Positions 45,019-53,531 of a stretch of 64,000 bases of DNA are shown one piece after another. The DNA is from an uncultured Actinomycetes bacterium (GTDB lineage: Bacteria > Actinomycetota > UBA4738 > HRBIN12), in assembly GCA_963821925.1 (NCBI GenBank), contig CAWGFO010000001.1:521763-585762 (forward strand). Reading direction: 5' to 3'. Every line of letters begins with the position of its first letter. The stretch's first letter is position 1. Made by a program: the position numbers and the translations under genes. The notes beneath the pieces were generated by a model that worked only from the letters and a program-made list of their open reading frames with translations, was not told the DNA's origin and ran no database searches.

Positions 45019-46533
45019 GTGACGCTCCGCGCACGGCTCACGCTCGTGCTCATGGTCCTCGTCGCCGCCGGCCTGATCGTGGCCGACGTGGCGACGTTCG
45101 CCGCCCTGCGGTCCTTCCTCGTGCAGCGGGTCGACCAGCAGCTGCAGGCCGCGACCGCACCGATCGGGCGCCTGCTGGCCTCTCCCGACCTGCCGTCGGG
45201 AGAGGTGCCGCTGCCCGGCGACGGCGACGACGCATCCGTGCCATCGGGGACCTACGCCGCCCTGTACGACCCGAACGACCAGGAGGTGAATCACGTCGTC
45301 TTCAGCTACGGCGCGGGCGGGGAGCCGACCCCGGAACTTCCGTCCGACGTGTTGTCGTTCGACGGCCGGTCGCAGCTGTCGACGTCCGGATCGGTGGTCG
45401 GCGGTTCGGACTTCCGTGTGATCGCCGAGCACTTCGAGGGTGGCTACACGGTCGTGATCGCGATCCCGCTCACCGAGGTCCGGCAGACGCTCCGTCAGCT
45501 CTTCGTGGTGGCGGTGTTCGTGACCGTCGCCGTGATCGCGGCGATGGCCGTCCTGGCGTCGTCGATCGTGCGCCGCGGCCTCAGGCCGCTCGAACGGATC
45601 GAGCAGACGGCCGGCGCGATCGCCGCGGGCGACCTCTCCCGCCGCGTCGAGGACGCCGATCCCCGCACCGAGGTGGGGCGCTTGGGCGGCGCGCTCAACG
45701 TGATGCTCGGCAGGATCGAGCGCTCGATGGATGAACAGCGAGCGTCGGAAGAATCTCTCCGTCGGTTCCTGGCCGACGCCTCGCACGAGCTGCGCACGCC
45801 GCTGACCTCGATCCGAGGCTACGCCGAGCTGTTCCGGCGGGGGGCGGGCGACGACCCGGCCGACACCGCGATCGCGATGCGGCGCATCGAACAGGAGAGC
45901 GCGCGGATGGGCGTCCTCGTCGACGATCTGCTGTTCCTGGCGCGCTCCGGCAGGGGTCGCCCGATCGCCCGAGAGCCGTTCGATCTCGCGCGGGTGGCGG
46001 CCGATGCCGTGCAGGATGCGCGAGCGGTCGATCCGTCTCGCGAGATCGGGCTCGAGGCGCCGGGGTCGCTCGTCGTGGTGGGCGACGAGGGCCGGGTCCG
46101 CCAGGTGCTCGCGAACCTGCTCTCGAACGCCCTCACGCACACCCCTGAGGGCTCGGCGATCCAGGTGCGGGCGAGCCAGGCCGACGGGTGGGCAGAGCTC
46201 GCGGTGGCCGACCACGGGCCTGGGCTGACGCCCGTCGAGTCCGCCCACATCTTCGAGGCGTTCTATCGCGCCGACCCGGCGCGTGGCCGCTCGGCCGAGG
46301 CGAACGGCGCGGGCACGGGCCTGGGACTCGCGATCGTGGCCGCGATCGCCGAGGCACACGGCGGGTCGGCGTCGGTGACGAGCGAGCCGGGGGTGGGTGC
46401 CACCTTCACGGTGCGGCTTCCGGTCGCGGGACCGCCAGAGACGACGACGAGCGAAGAGCCAGGGGCGATGCCGGCCGACGCCGACGGGTCCGCCGCTACG
46501 CCGAGCGCGCCCGCCTCGCCGCCTGGAGCTTGA
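45019..46533 (+). CDS. HAMP sensor histidine kinase
   Basis: Two TM helices, HAMP domain, DASHELRTPL H-box, NLLSNA, DHGPG, IFEAFYR, GTGLGLAI. Confidence 0.95.
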   Translation: MTLRARLTLVLMVLVAAGLIVADVATFAALRSFLVQRVDQQLQAATAPIGRLLASPDLPSGEVPLPGDGDDASVPSGTYAALYDPNDQEVNHVVFSYGAGGEPTPELPSDVLSFDGRSQLSTSGSVVGGSDFRVIAEHFEGGYTVVIAIPLTEVRQTLRQLFVVAVFVTVAVIAAMAVLASSIVRRGLRPLERIEQTAGAIAAGDLSRRVEDADPRTEVGRLGGALNVMLGRIERSMDEQRASEESLRRFLADASHELRTPLTSIRGYAELFRRGAGDDPADTAIAMRRIEQESARMGVLVDDLLFLARSGRGRPIAREPFDLARVAADAVQDARAVDPSREIGLEAPGSLVVVGDEGRVRQVLANLLSNALTHTPEGSAIQVRASQADGWAELAVADHGPGLTPVESAHIFEAFYRADPARGRSAEANGAGTGLGLAIVAAIAEAHGGSASVTSEPGVGATFTVRLPVAGPPETTTSEEPGAMPADADGSAATPSAPASPPGA

Positions 46534-46720
46534 GCGCCAGGACGGGACAGGCGGTCACCGCGCGCTGTGCGTGCGCCAGGAGCTGCGGCGGCACCTCCCG
46601 ACGATCGATGATCGGGTACCCCCAGTCGTCGAGACGGATCATCTCCGGCAGCAGGTCGGCGCAGAGACCGTGCCCGTCGCAGGCGATCGGGTCGAGGGTC
46701 AGGGTCATCGGGTCGGGCAT
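46496..46720 (-). CDS. Ferredoxin with CxxHxxC...CP motif
   Basis: CDGHGLC...DDWGYP...ACPVLAL. Confidence 0.88.
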   Translation of the reverse strand: MPDPMTLTLDPIACDGHGLCADLLPEMIRLDDWGYPIIDRREVPPQLLAHAQRAVTACPVLALKLQAARRARSA

Positions 46721-46733
46721 CGTTCGTCCTTCG

Positions 46734-48008
46734 TCAGTAGAGGGGGAGGAGGGCTTGGTCGGGGACCGCGTCGCAGCGGCCGTCGATCCGATGTCGCTCG
46801 ATGTCTGACGCGAACACCTTGAGGCCGCTCCTGACGAACCGCACGGCGCCGTCCGGCAGCCGGCAGGCGCCGCGGCCCTCGACGTCGTCGCTCCACCGGC
46901 GGAGACGGGCGGCCTCGTCGCGACCGCCGCCCCGCACCAGCGACCCGAGCCCGCCCGCGATCGACGCGAGCCCGTGCACGCACGGACCGCACTGGTTCGC
47001 CGTCTGACCCGCGAACCAGGCCGCCACCCGCTCGGTCTCGCGCACGCCGCAGGCGCCGCGCGGCAGGAACCAGATCACGCCGGCACCGAACGCCGTCCCG
47101 TGCGCGGCCAGGTCCGCATCGGTGAGCCGAACCGGCAACGCGTGTTCGACGTCGATCCACGCGCCGAAGTAGCCGCCCACGAGCACCGCGGCCACGTCCT
47201 CGCGGCGTCCGCCCGCCGCGCGCAGGACGTTCGCGACCGGCGTGCCGCCGGCAACCTCGAACACCCCGGGCCGGGTGACGGCGCCCGACACGGTGACCAG
47301 ACGGCTGCCTGGCTCGTCGTCAGCGCCGACCTCACGGAACCAGGCGCCGCCGAACGCCACGATCTGTGCCAGGTGCGCGAGGGTCTCGACGTTCTGGACG
47401 AGGGTGGGCCGACCGTCGACGCCACGTTCGAACGGGCGCGGTCCCAGCGCCGGGATCGCGGGGCCGCCGCCGACCGCGCGGACGAGCGATCGTTCCTCCC
47501 CCGAGAGGTAGCGCCGCGGCACGCGGACGATGTGAACCGTGGCGGCCGGCCGTTCGGGCCCGCGTCGCGCGGCGAGCGCCGTCTCGATCGCCCGGGCGGC
47601 CTCGTCGGTGTCGAGGCCGATCTCGATCCGGTCCGCCCCGACGGCCGCCGCCGCGGCGAGCGCGCCATCGAGCACGAGGTGCGGGCGGGTGGTGAGTAGG
47701 AGCAGGTCCTTCCTGCTCGCGGGCTCGCTCTCGGCGCCGTTGACCACGACGATCGGACGGCGACGGCCCGACGCCACCGCGCGGAGCTTCGTCGCCGTGG
47801 GGAACCCGGCGCCACCGCGCCCGAGGAGTCCCGCGCGTTCGACCTCCTCGATCAGCGCGAGGTCCGCCCCGCGCCGGGGGCGCGGCGGCGCGGGCATCAG
47901 TGACCGGTGCGCCGCGAGATCGGCCGGGCCGCTCGACGCGGGCGTTGCCGCCAAGAGTCGAGGGAGCCCCGTTGGGGCCTCGAGCGCTCGGGGATCGACG
48001 GCGGCCAT
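46734..48008 (-). CDS. Stand-alone NuoF (51 kDa NADH/FMN-binding)-like protein with SLBB and Fe-S domain
   Basis: GLLGRGGAGFPT, NGAESEP, YLSGEE, PTLVQNVETL, VSGAV..PG, GGYFG, NQCGPC...GAC. Confidence 0.88.
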   Translation of the reverse strand: MAAVDPRALEAPTGLPRLLAATPASSGPADLAAHRSLMPAPPRPRRGADLALIEEVERAGLLGRGGAGFPTATKLRAVASGRRRPIVVVNGAESEPASRKDLLLLTTRPHLVLDGALAAAAAVGADRIEIGLDTDEAARAIETALAARRGPERPAATVHIVRVPRRYLSGEERSLVRAVGGGPAIPALGPRPFERGVDGRPTLVQNVETLAHLAQIVAFGGAWFREVGADDEPGSRLVTVSGAVTRPGVFEVAGGTPVANVLRAAGGRREDVAAVLVGGYFGAWIDVEHALPVRLTDADLAAHGTAFGAGVIWFLPRGACGVRETERVAAWFAGQTANQCGPCVHGLASIAGGLGSLVRGGGRDEAARLRRWSDDVEGRGACRLPDGAVRFVRSGLKVFASDIERHRIDGRCDAVPDQALLPLY

Positions 48009-48018
48009 GGCGGGCTCC

Positions 48019-49071
48019 TTACGCCGAGCTTCCGGCGGGCGTCAGGCGGACCATGCCCTGCGCGGTGCCGGCCTGGTCCAGGATCTGCAGGGTGAGGTCG
48101 ACGTCCACGACCGCGCCTGCGGCGTCGGTCAGACGGGCGGAGATCCGCCCGTCGGCGAGCGACTCGATCGTGCCGACATATCGGGCGGACGAGGCGCCCA
48201 GCGACACGCGCCCCCGCTGCACCGCCAGGCCGGTCGAGGTGGCGGTGCCGTCCAGCACGATCTCGATCGGCATCGCCGAGGTATCGAGGGTGCCCACGAT
48301 GTCGAGGACGACGTCTCCACTCTGGCCGGCCTGCTGGCTCGCCTGGCCCGAGAACGCCGACGTCGTCGGGAGCGTCGCGGGAGCCGCCTGCCGGTTACCG
48401 GCGGCCAGGGTCTGCGCGGGGGTGCCCGCGGTGCTCGCCCAGCCGGGGGCAAGGGGTCCCGCCAGGAGCCAGGCCGCGACGGCGAGCGAACCGACCGCGG
48501 TGGCGCCGACGGCCGCGAGCCGCGGGGCCAGCTGCGGCGGTTGCACGCCGTACGCGCGCCACCACACCGCGCCGATCACCGTCGCCACGCAGACTCCCAC
48601 GAGCGCCAGCATCCAGACGGCCTTCGTGTCGCTGCCGGTCCCCAGCCCGTGGACCAGGGCGACCGGCCAGCACGCGTATGCGAGCCAGTGGATCGCCTTC
48701 CACGAGCGATACCCGAGTCGGACCCGCACCAGGCTCGTGATCACGAGGGCGAGCAACAGATCGAAGGCGACCGCCCCCAGACCGAGCCAGACGGGCCGGT
48801 ACGTTCCACCGAACGGAACCACCGCATCCACCCACCGGATCGGGGCGAAGCCGTCGAACACCGACATCGCCACGTGCACGCCGAGGAACGCCACCGCCAG
48901 CAGGGAGATGTTGCGGTGCAGCCCCTGCGTGACGAAGCGTGGCCAGTGCCGGCTCTCCCAGCCCACGGACCCCGTGATCCCCAGGACCACCACCCCGGTC
49001 AGCATCAACAGCGAGAGCGCACCCGTGCCGCGCGTCAGGAACCAGAACGCCTGGGTGCCGGTGTCGTTCAC
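48019..49071 (-). CDS. Ferric reductase-like (MsrQ-type) di-heme membrane protein with extracytoplasmic C-terminal domain
   Basis: Four His in TM helices (GLHRN, GVHV, IHWLAY, VHGLGTGSD); GTGA overlap with the apbE stop. Confidence 0.85.
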   Translation of the reverse strand: MNDTGTQAFWFLTRGTGALSLLMLTGVVVLGITGSVGWESRHWPRFVTQGLHRNISLLAVAFLGVHVAMSVFDGFAPIRWVDAVVPFGGTYRPVWLGLGAVAFDLLLALVITSLVRVRLGYRSWKAIHWLAYACWPVALVHGLGTGSDTKAVWMLALVGVCVATVIGAVWWRAYGVQPPQLAPRLAAVGATAVGSLAVAAWLLAGPLAPGWASTAGTPAQTLAAGNRQAAPATLPTTSAFSGQASQQAGQSGDVVLDIVGTLDTSAMPIEIVLDGTATSTGLAVQRGRVSLGASSARYVGTIESLADGRISARLTDAAGAVVDVDLTLQILDQAGTAQGMVRLTPAGSSA

Positions 49072-49991
49072 GCCGCGGCCTCCAGGGGCCAGCCGCCGGT
49101 TCGGACGATCGACCCGTCGGTGCGCACGAGGCGAGCCGGCATGCCCATACGCTGGAGCCACAAGGCTGCCGGCTCGCCCCGCACGATCGCGGCCGTGGCG
49201 GCGACGTTGGCGTCCACGCAGGTGGCGGCCGCCACGCTCACGGTGCGCCAGACCTCGTTCGCGGGGCGACCGGTCGAGGGGTCGACCACGTGATGGACGG
49301 CTCGGCCTCCCCGGAGCCAACGTCGTACCGTGGTGCTCGAGGTCGCCAGCCCGCCGGCCGCGATCCGCACGGTGTGGCCGGGCTCGGCGGACGCCGCGTG
49401 GGAGTCGGCCAGGCCGACTTCCCATCCATCGCGTGGGGGTGGGCCGGCAACCGCGATGTCCCCACCGAGGCTCACGAGGACGCCGGAACCGGTGGCATCG
49501 AACGCCGCCCGTGCGGACCGATCCGCCGCGAACGCCTTCGCCGTCGCCCCCAGATCCAGTCGGACGCCCCGCGGGATCCGGACCCGCGAACCGGCCGGGT
49601 CGACCTCCACGGTCCGCCAGCCGGGGGCGGCCCGGAGCGCTCCGATCGGTGGCCCGTCGGGATCGAGGCCGGCGAAATCGCGGTCGTACCCGACGAGGAG
49701 CAACGACTCGCCGACCGTCGGGTCGACGTCGCCGTCGGTGAGGATCGCGGCCCGCAGAGCGACCTCGATCGCCTCGATCAGGACCGGATCGACCTCGACC
49801 CACTCGCCGGCACCGTCGTGCAGCCGCGCGAGCTCGCTGTCGGGCCGGAACCGGCTGCAGGTGCGGTCGATCGCGTCGACCTCCTCACGTACCGCCACGA
49901 TCGCGTCGGGGAGCGCCTGGGGAACGGTGGTGACCACCTTGGCCGAGGTGCCGAGGGCGCGGAAGGAGCAGCTGGCCGGGGGGCGCATCAC
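49068..49991 (-). CDS. apbE: FAD:protein FMN transferase without an evident signal peptide
   Basis: FRALGT, CSRFRPDSEL, DPTVG, DLGATAK, GGDI, ATSST, HHVVDPSTG, A-x2-AATA; starts directly at the catalytic core. Confidence 0.9.
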   Translation of the reverse strand: MMRPPASCSFRALGTSAKVVTTVPQALPDAIVAVREEVDAIDRTCSRFRPDSELARLHDGAGEWVEVDPVLIEAIEVALRAAILTDGDVDPTVGESLLLVGYDRDFAGLDPDGPPIGALRAAPGWRTVEVDPAGSRVRIPRGVRLDLGATAKAFAADRSARAAFDATGSGVLVSLGGDIAVAGPPPRDGWEVGLADSHAASAEPGHTVRIAAGGLATSSTTVRRWLRGGRAVHHVVDPSTGRPANEVWRTVSVAAATCVDANVAATAAIVRGEPAALWLQRMGMPARLVRTDGSIVRTGGWPLEAAA

Positions 49992-50299
49992 GAGCCCCCG
50001 GAGACGGCTTGGCCGCCGCCGATCCCCTGTGCGGGCGGGTTCACGGGGGGCTGGAGGCCCGTGCTGCCCGTGGCACCCCAGGCGTCGCCGGGTCCGGTGC
50101 TGGCGAAGCCGGGATCGGTGAGCCCTGGGTCGGTGACGCCGGTGCCGGTGGGCGTCGTCGCCTTCGAGGTGGCGTTCGTACTGGCCCGCGCGACGCCGAC
50201 CGAGATCAGGGCGGCGGCAGAGACGGCGGCGGCCGCGACCCACCCGGTGATCGACCTGATCCGCCGCAGTCCTTCGTCGCGGGCGCGGGGCGTGGGCAT
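49988..50299 (-). CDS. 103-aa secreted low-complexity peptide ending in AVSGGS
   Basis: AGGAGG RBS; GLRRIRSIT plus hydrophobic stretch plus VARA cleavage-like site; Thr/Gly/Pro-rich; GTGA overlap with apbE. Confidence 0.75.
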   Translation of the reverse strand: MPTPRARDEGLRRIRSITGWVAAAAVSAAALISVGVARASTNATSKATTPTGTGVTDPGLTDPGFASTGPGDAWGATGSTGLQPPVNPPAQGIGGGQAVSGGS

Positions 50300-50439
50300 T
50301 CGCGGTCCTCCTAGACGAGAAGGCACTCACCGCCCGGCCGGACCGGGGTCGGAGAGACGGAGGGTGGCCGGCCGAACGGGGTGCCTGTCCTATGCACCTC
50401 GAGTGTGCTGCGGCCGTCTGGGGTCTCCCCGAGAGGAAC

Positions 50440-50455
50440 CTGAGGAAACGATGAG
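50440..50455 (-). promoter_or_regulatory. Tandem box CTCAT-N6-CTCAG upstream of the apbE operon
   Basis: Same 11-bp-period motif as at 44234-44299, oriented towards the operon. Confidence 0.5.
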
Positions 50456-50477
50456 CGTTCGGGGCTGCCCGCCGCGC

Positions 50478-51407
50478 TCAGTAGCGGGTGCCGACGGCCG
50501 GTGGAAGCGCGTCGAGGTCCGCCCGGTCGTCGTCGTCGAGCACGATCGTGGCGGCGGAGAGGTTCTCCTCGAGGTAGCGGAGTCGCTTGGTTCCCGGGAT
50601 CGGCGCGACGTGGGGACCCTGGGCGAGCACCCACGCGAGGGCGATCTGGGCGGGGGTGGCGCCGTGCCGGTCGGCCACCGCCCGCACGCGGTCGACGATC
50701 GCGAGGTTCGCGTCGATCGCCTCGGGCGTGAACCGGGGGTTGTTCGTCCGGAAGTCCAGGTCCTCGAACGATGCCCGGGTGATCGTGCCCGTGAGGAAGC
50801 CGCGGCCCAGCGGTGAGAACGGGACGAACACGACGCCGTTCGCGAGGCACCACGGGACGACGTCGTCGAGCGCCTCGCGCGTCCACAGCGAGAGCTCCGA
50901 CTGGAGCGCCGCCACGGGATGGATCCCGCGCGCCGCCTCGAGCTGCTCGATCGTCACCTCCGAGAGGCCGAGGGCGCGCACCTTCCCGGCCTCGACGAGA
51001 CCGGCCATCGCTCCCCACGACTCCTCGAAGGGCACGCCAGGGTCGATCCGGTGGAGGTAGTACAGGTCGATCTCGTCCACGCGCAGACGGCGGAGCGACG
51101 CCTCGACCGCGCCCATGATGTGCTCGGGCCGGGCGTCGTTCACGAGTGGGTAGCCGCCGTTCGGACCGACGAGGAGCCCGACCTTCGTCGCGATCCCGAC
51201 GCGATCGCGGACGGGCTCGAGTGCCTCGCCCACGAGCTCCTCGTTCGTGAACGGGCCATAGACGTCGGACGTGTCGACGTGCGTCACGCCGAGCTCGACC
51301 GCGCGCCGGATCAGGGCGATCGGATCGTCGTCGGTATCGCCGAAGTACCCGAAGGACATCGGCATGCACCCGAGCCCGATGCCACGGAACGCGTCGCGGA
51401 GGTCCAC
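50478..51407 (-). CDS. Aldo/keto reductase
   Basis: IGLGCMPMS, DTSDVYG, IATKVG, IDLYYLHR, GLSE, PFSPLGRG, PIPGTK. Confidence 0.93.
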   Translation of the reverse strand: MDLRDAFRGIGLGCMPMSFGYFGDTDDDPIALIRRAVELGVTHVDTSDVYGPFTNEELVGEALEPVRDRVGIATKVGLLVGPNGGYPLVNDARPEHIMGAVEASLRRLRVDEIDLYYLHRIDPGVPFEESWGAMAGLVEAGKVRALGLSEVTIEQLEAARGIHPVAALQSELSLWTREALDDVVPWCLANGVVFVPFSPLGRGFLTGTITRASFEDLDFRTNNPRFTPEAIDANLAIVDRVRAVADRHGATPAQIALAWVLAQGPHVAPIPGTKRLRYLEENLSAATIVLDDDDRADLDALPPAVGTRY

Positions 51408-51482
51408 CCGGGGATGCTAGCCGGTGGCGCCGATGGCCGGCCTGCCGACCACCGAGCCCACGTCCGATGGGATGATGCCGCG

Positions 51483-52691
51483 ATGGATGAGTCGCGTCTG
51501 ACCGCGGGCGAGGTCGCCGATCGCGCGGGGGTCGAGGAGTCATTCCTCGCCGAGCTCACCGCCGTGCACATCGTGGATCCGGACGACGACGGCACGTACA
51601 CCACGGCGGCCGTCCGGCGGGTGCAGCTCGTTCGGGCCTGTGCCGACGCCGGTCTCTCGGTCGAGGCGATCGGATTGGCGCTGTCGAAGGGGACGCTGAC
51701 GCTCGCCCCGCTCGACGCTCCGCACTACGAGCGGTGGGGCGACAAGGCCGACGTCACGTACGGGCAGCTCGCGGCCCGGATCGGCGTGCCGTTCGAGTTC
51801 CTCTGCTCGATGCAGGAGGCGCTCGGCTTCGCGGCGCCCTCGGCCGACGACCGGCCCCGTCGTGACGAGATGGACACGATGCCCGTGCTCGCGGTCGCGT
51901 ACGCGCAGGGCATCGACCCCGACGCGTTGATCAGGCTCTTCCGGGTGTACGGCAACGGCCTCCGGCTGATCGCGAGCGCCGAGACCGGGTTGTGGCACGA
52001 GCACGTCGACGTGCCGCTCCAGCAGGCCGGCATGAGTCAGCGCGAGGTGCTCGAGGCGGGGTTGGGGTTCGGGGAGGCCGTGATGCCGCTGATGGACCAG
52101 GCGCTGATCAGCATGTACCGACGGATGCAGGAGACCGCCTGGATGGCGGACCTCGTGGAGCACGTGCAGATCGCGCTCGAGGAGGCCGGCGTGCACGAGC
52201 GGCTGGAGCGGCCGCCCGCGATGGTGTTCGCCGACATCTCCGGGTACACGCGGCTGACCGAGGAGCACGGGGACGAGGTGGCCGCCGACCTCGCGTCGGC
52301 GATGGCCGACCTGGTCCAGGGCACCGCCGTCCGCAACCGCGGCCAGGCCGTGAAGTTCCTCGGCGACGGGGTGATGTTCTACTTCCGCGAGGCGGCCGAC
52401 GGGCTCAGGGCCGCGCTCGACGTCGTGGCCGGCACGCCGGACGCCGGGCTCCCGCCTGCGCATATCGGACTGCACGCAGGACCGGTCGTGATGCGCGACG
52501 GCGACGTCTTCGGGCGCACGGTGAACTGGGCGGCCCGGATCTCGAGCCAGGCGGAGGCCCACGAGGTGCTCGTCAGCCGGGAGGTGATCGATGCCTCGCA
52601 AGAGGTGGGGGCGTCGTTCGAGTCGATCGGCTCGGTCGACCTGAAGGGGATCGCCGACCCGGTGGAGCTGTTCAGGGCCACGCGGGGCTGA
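51483..52691 (+). CDS. Class III adenylate cyclase with N-terminal MerR-like HTH
   Basis: LTAGEVADRAGV HTH; FADISGYT, KFLGDGVM, GLHAGPV, DVFGRTVNWAARI. Confidence 0.9.
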   Translation: MDESRLTAGEVADRAGVEESFLAELTAVHIVDPDDDGTYTTAAVRRVQLVRACADAGLSVEAIGLALSKGTLTLAPLDAPHYERWGDKADVTYGQLAARIGVPFEFLCSMQEALGFAAPSADDRPRRDEMDTMPVLAVAYAQGIDPDALIRLFRVYGNGLRLIASAETGLWHEHVDVPLQQAGMSQREVLEAGLGFGEAVMPLMDQALISMYRRMQETAWMADLVEHVQIALEEAGVHERLERPPAMVFADISGYTRLTEEHGDEVAADLASAMADLVQGTAVRNRGQAVKFLGDGVMFYFREAADGLRAALDVVAGTPDAGLPPAHIGLHAGPVVMRDGDVFGRTVNWAARISSQAEAHEVLVSREVIDASQEVGASFESIGSVDLKGIADPVELFRATRG

Positions 52692-52718
52692 GGGCCGGGA
52701 CTGAGGCCCGACGTAAGG

Positions 52719-53051
52719 TCAGCTCGGCCGGCTCGGGTCCTCCACCAACCGCTTCAGCCGGGCGAGGCGCGTGTCCCAGTCGGCCCCGACGTCGACCATC
52801 CAGCCCATCGCGTCCGAGAGCGGCTCCGGCGTGAACGCGTACCGCCGCCCGCGCGGCTCGAGGCCCTGCGTCGCGACCAGGCCGGCCTCCTGCAGCAGCG
52901 CGAGGTGCTTCGAGACGGCCTGCCGGGTGACCGGGAGCCGGGCCGAGAGCTCCGACAGCGTCGACGGGCCCTCCTCGGCCAGGGCCCGGATCACCGCCCG
53001 TCGGGTCGGATCGGCGAGCGCCTCGAAGACGTCGTCGGGGTCGCGGGTCAC
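52719..53051 (-). CDS. ArsR/SmtB family regulator
   Basis: [21 protein letters not shown]-x2-L-x-EAGLV, WD-x-RLARLK. Confidence 0.92.
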   Translation of the reverse strand: MTRDPDDVFEALADPTRRAVIRALAEEGPSTLSELSARLPVTRQAVSKHLALLQEAGLVATQGLEPRGRRYAFTPEPLSDAMGWMVDVGADWDTRLARLKRLVEDPSRPS

Positions 53052-53419
53052 CCGCGCGCCTCGGCGGCGCCCGCCGGATGGTCGGCGGTCTCCGTGATCG
53101 TGACGATCGTGGCCTCCGCGTCCTCCGCCGGCCGCAGCTCGATCGAGACGCTCGAGGGCGCACCGACCACCAGCCCGGTGAGGCCGGCGCCGTGGAGCTC
53201 GCGCCAGCGCCAGGTCAGGCGCCGGCCGGTCTCCACCTCGGTGACGGCGCCGCGGCGCTCGCGCCCGTCGGCGAAGCGGAACCGCACCGCCGCTCCGAGC
53301 TCCGGCTCGAGCCAGGCGTCGGCACCGAACCAGGCGGAGAGCGCCGCGGGGTCCACGATGAACCGCCAGACGTCGGCCTGGGGCGCCTCGATCGTCTGCT
53401 CGTGCTCGATGGGCGGCAT
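53048..53419 (-). CDS. SRPBCC/AHSA1-like domain protein
   Basis: IEAP-x2-DVW-x2-I-x-DP-x2-L-x2-WFG, G-x-V-x2-VE-x2-RRL-x-W-x-W; AGGAG RBS. Confidence 0.85.
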   Translation of the reverse strand: MPPIEHEQTIEAPQADVWRFIVDPAALSAWFGADAWLEPELGAAVRFRFADGRERRGAVTEVETGRRLTWRWRELHGAGLTGLVVGAPSSVSIELRPAEDAEATIVTITETADHPAGAAEARG

Positions 53420-53446
53420 CAGCGGCTCCTCTCGCTCGCCGTCGGG

Positions 53447-53512
53447 GACGGCAACCAGTAGGTTGCCGTCGCGAACCCACTCGCGTACGGTGTCGGCAAC
53501 CGAACGGTTGCC
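53447..53512. promoter_or_regulatory. Twin GGCAACC-N4-GGTTGCC operators between srpbcc-arsR and clpP
   Basis: GACGGCAACC-AGTA-GGTTGCCGTC (53447-53470) and GGCAACC-GAAC-GGTTGCC (53495-53512). Confidence 0.75.
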
Positions 53513-53531
53513 ATCGTATAGGAGGTCGCCC

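Noticed and set aside
46734-48008. Part of a respiratory complex I (nuo) operon
   Set aside because: No nuoE/nuoG or membrane nuo subunits are adjacent; the neighbours are apbE and a ferric-reductase-like gene.
48019-49803. 594-aa version of the ferric-reductase ORF and 420-aa version of ApbE
   Set aside because: The extensions overlap upstream genes out of frame; GTGA-coupled starts at 49071 and 49991 fit better.
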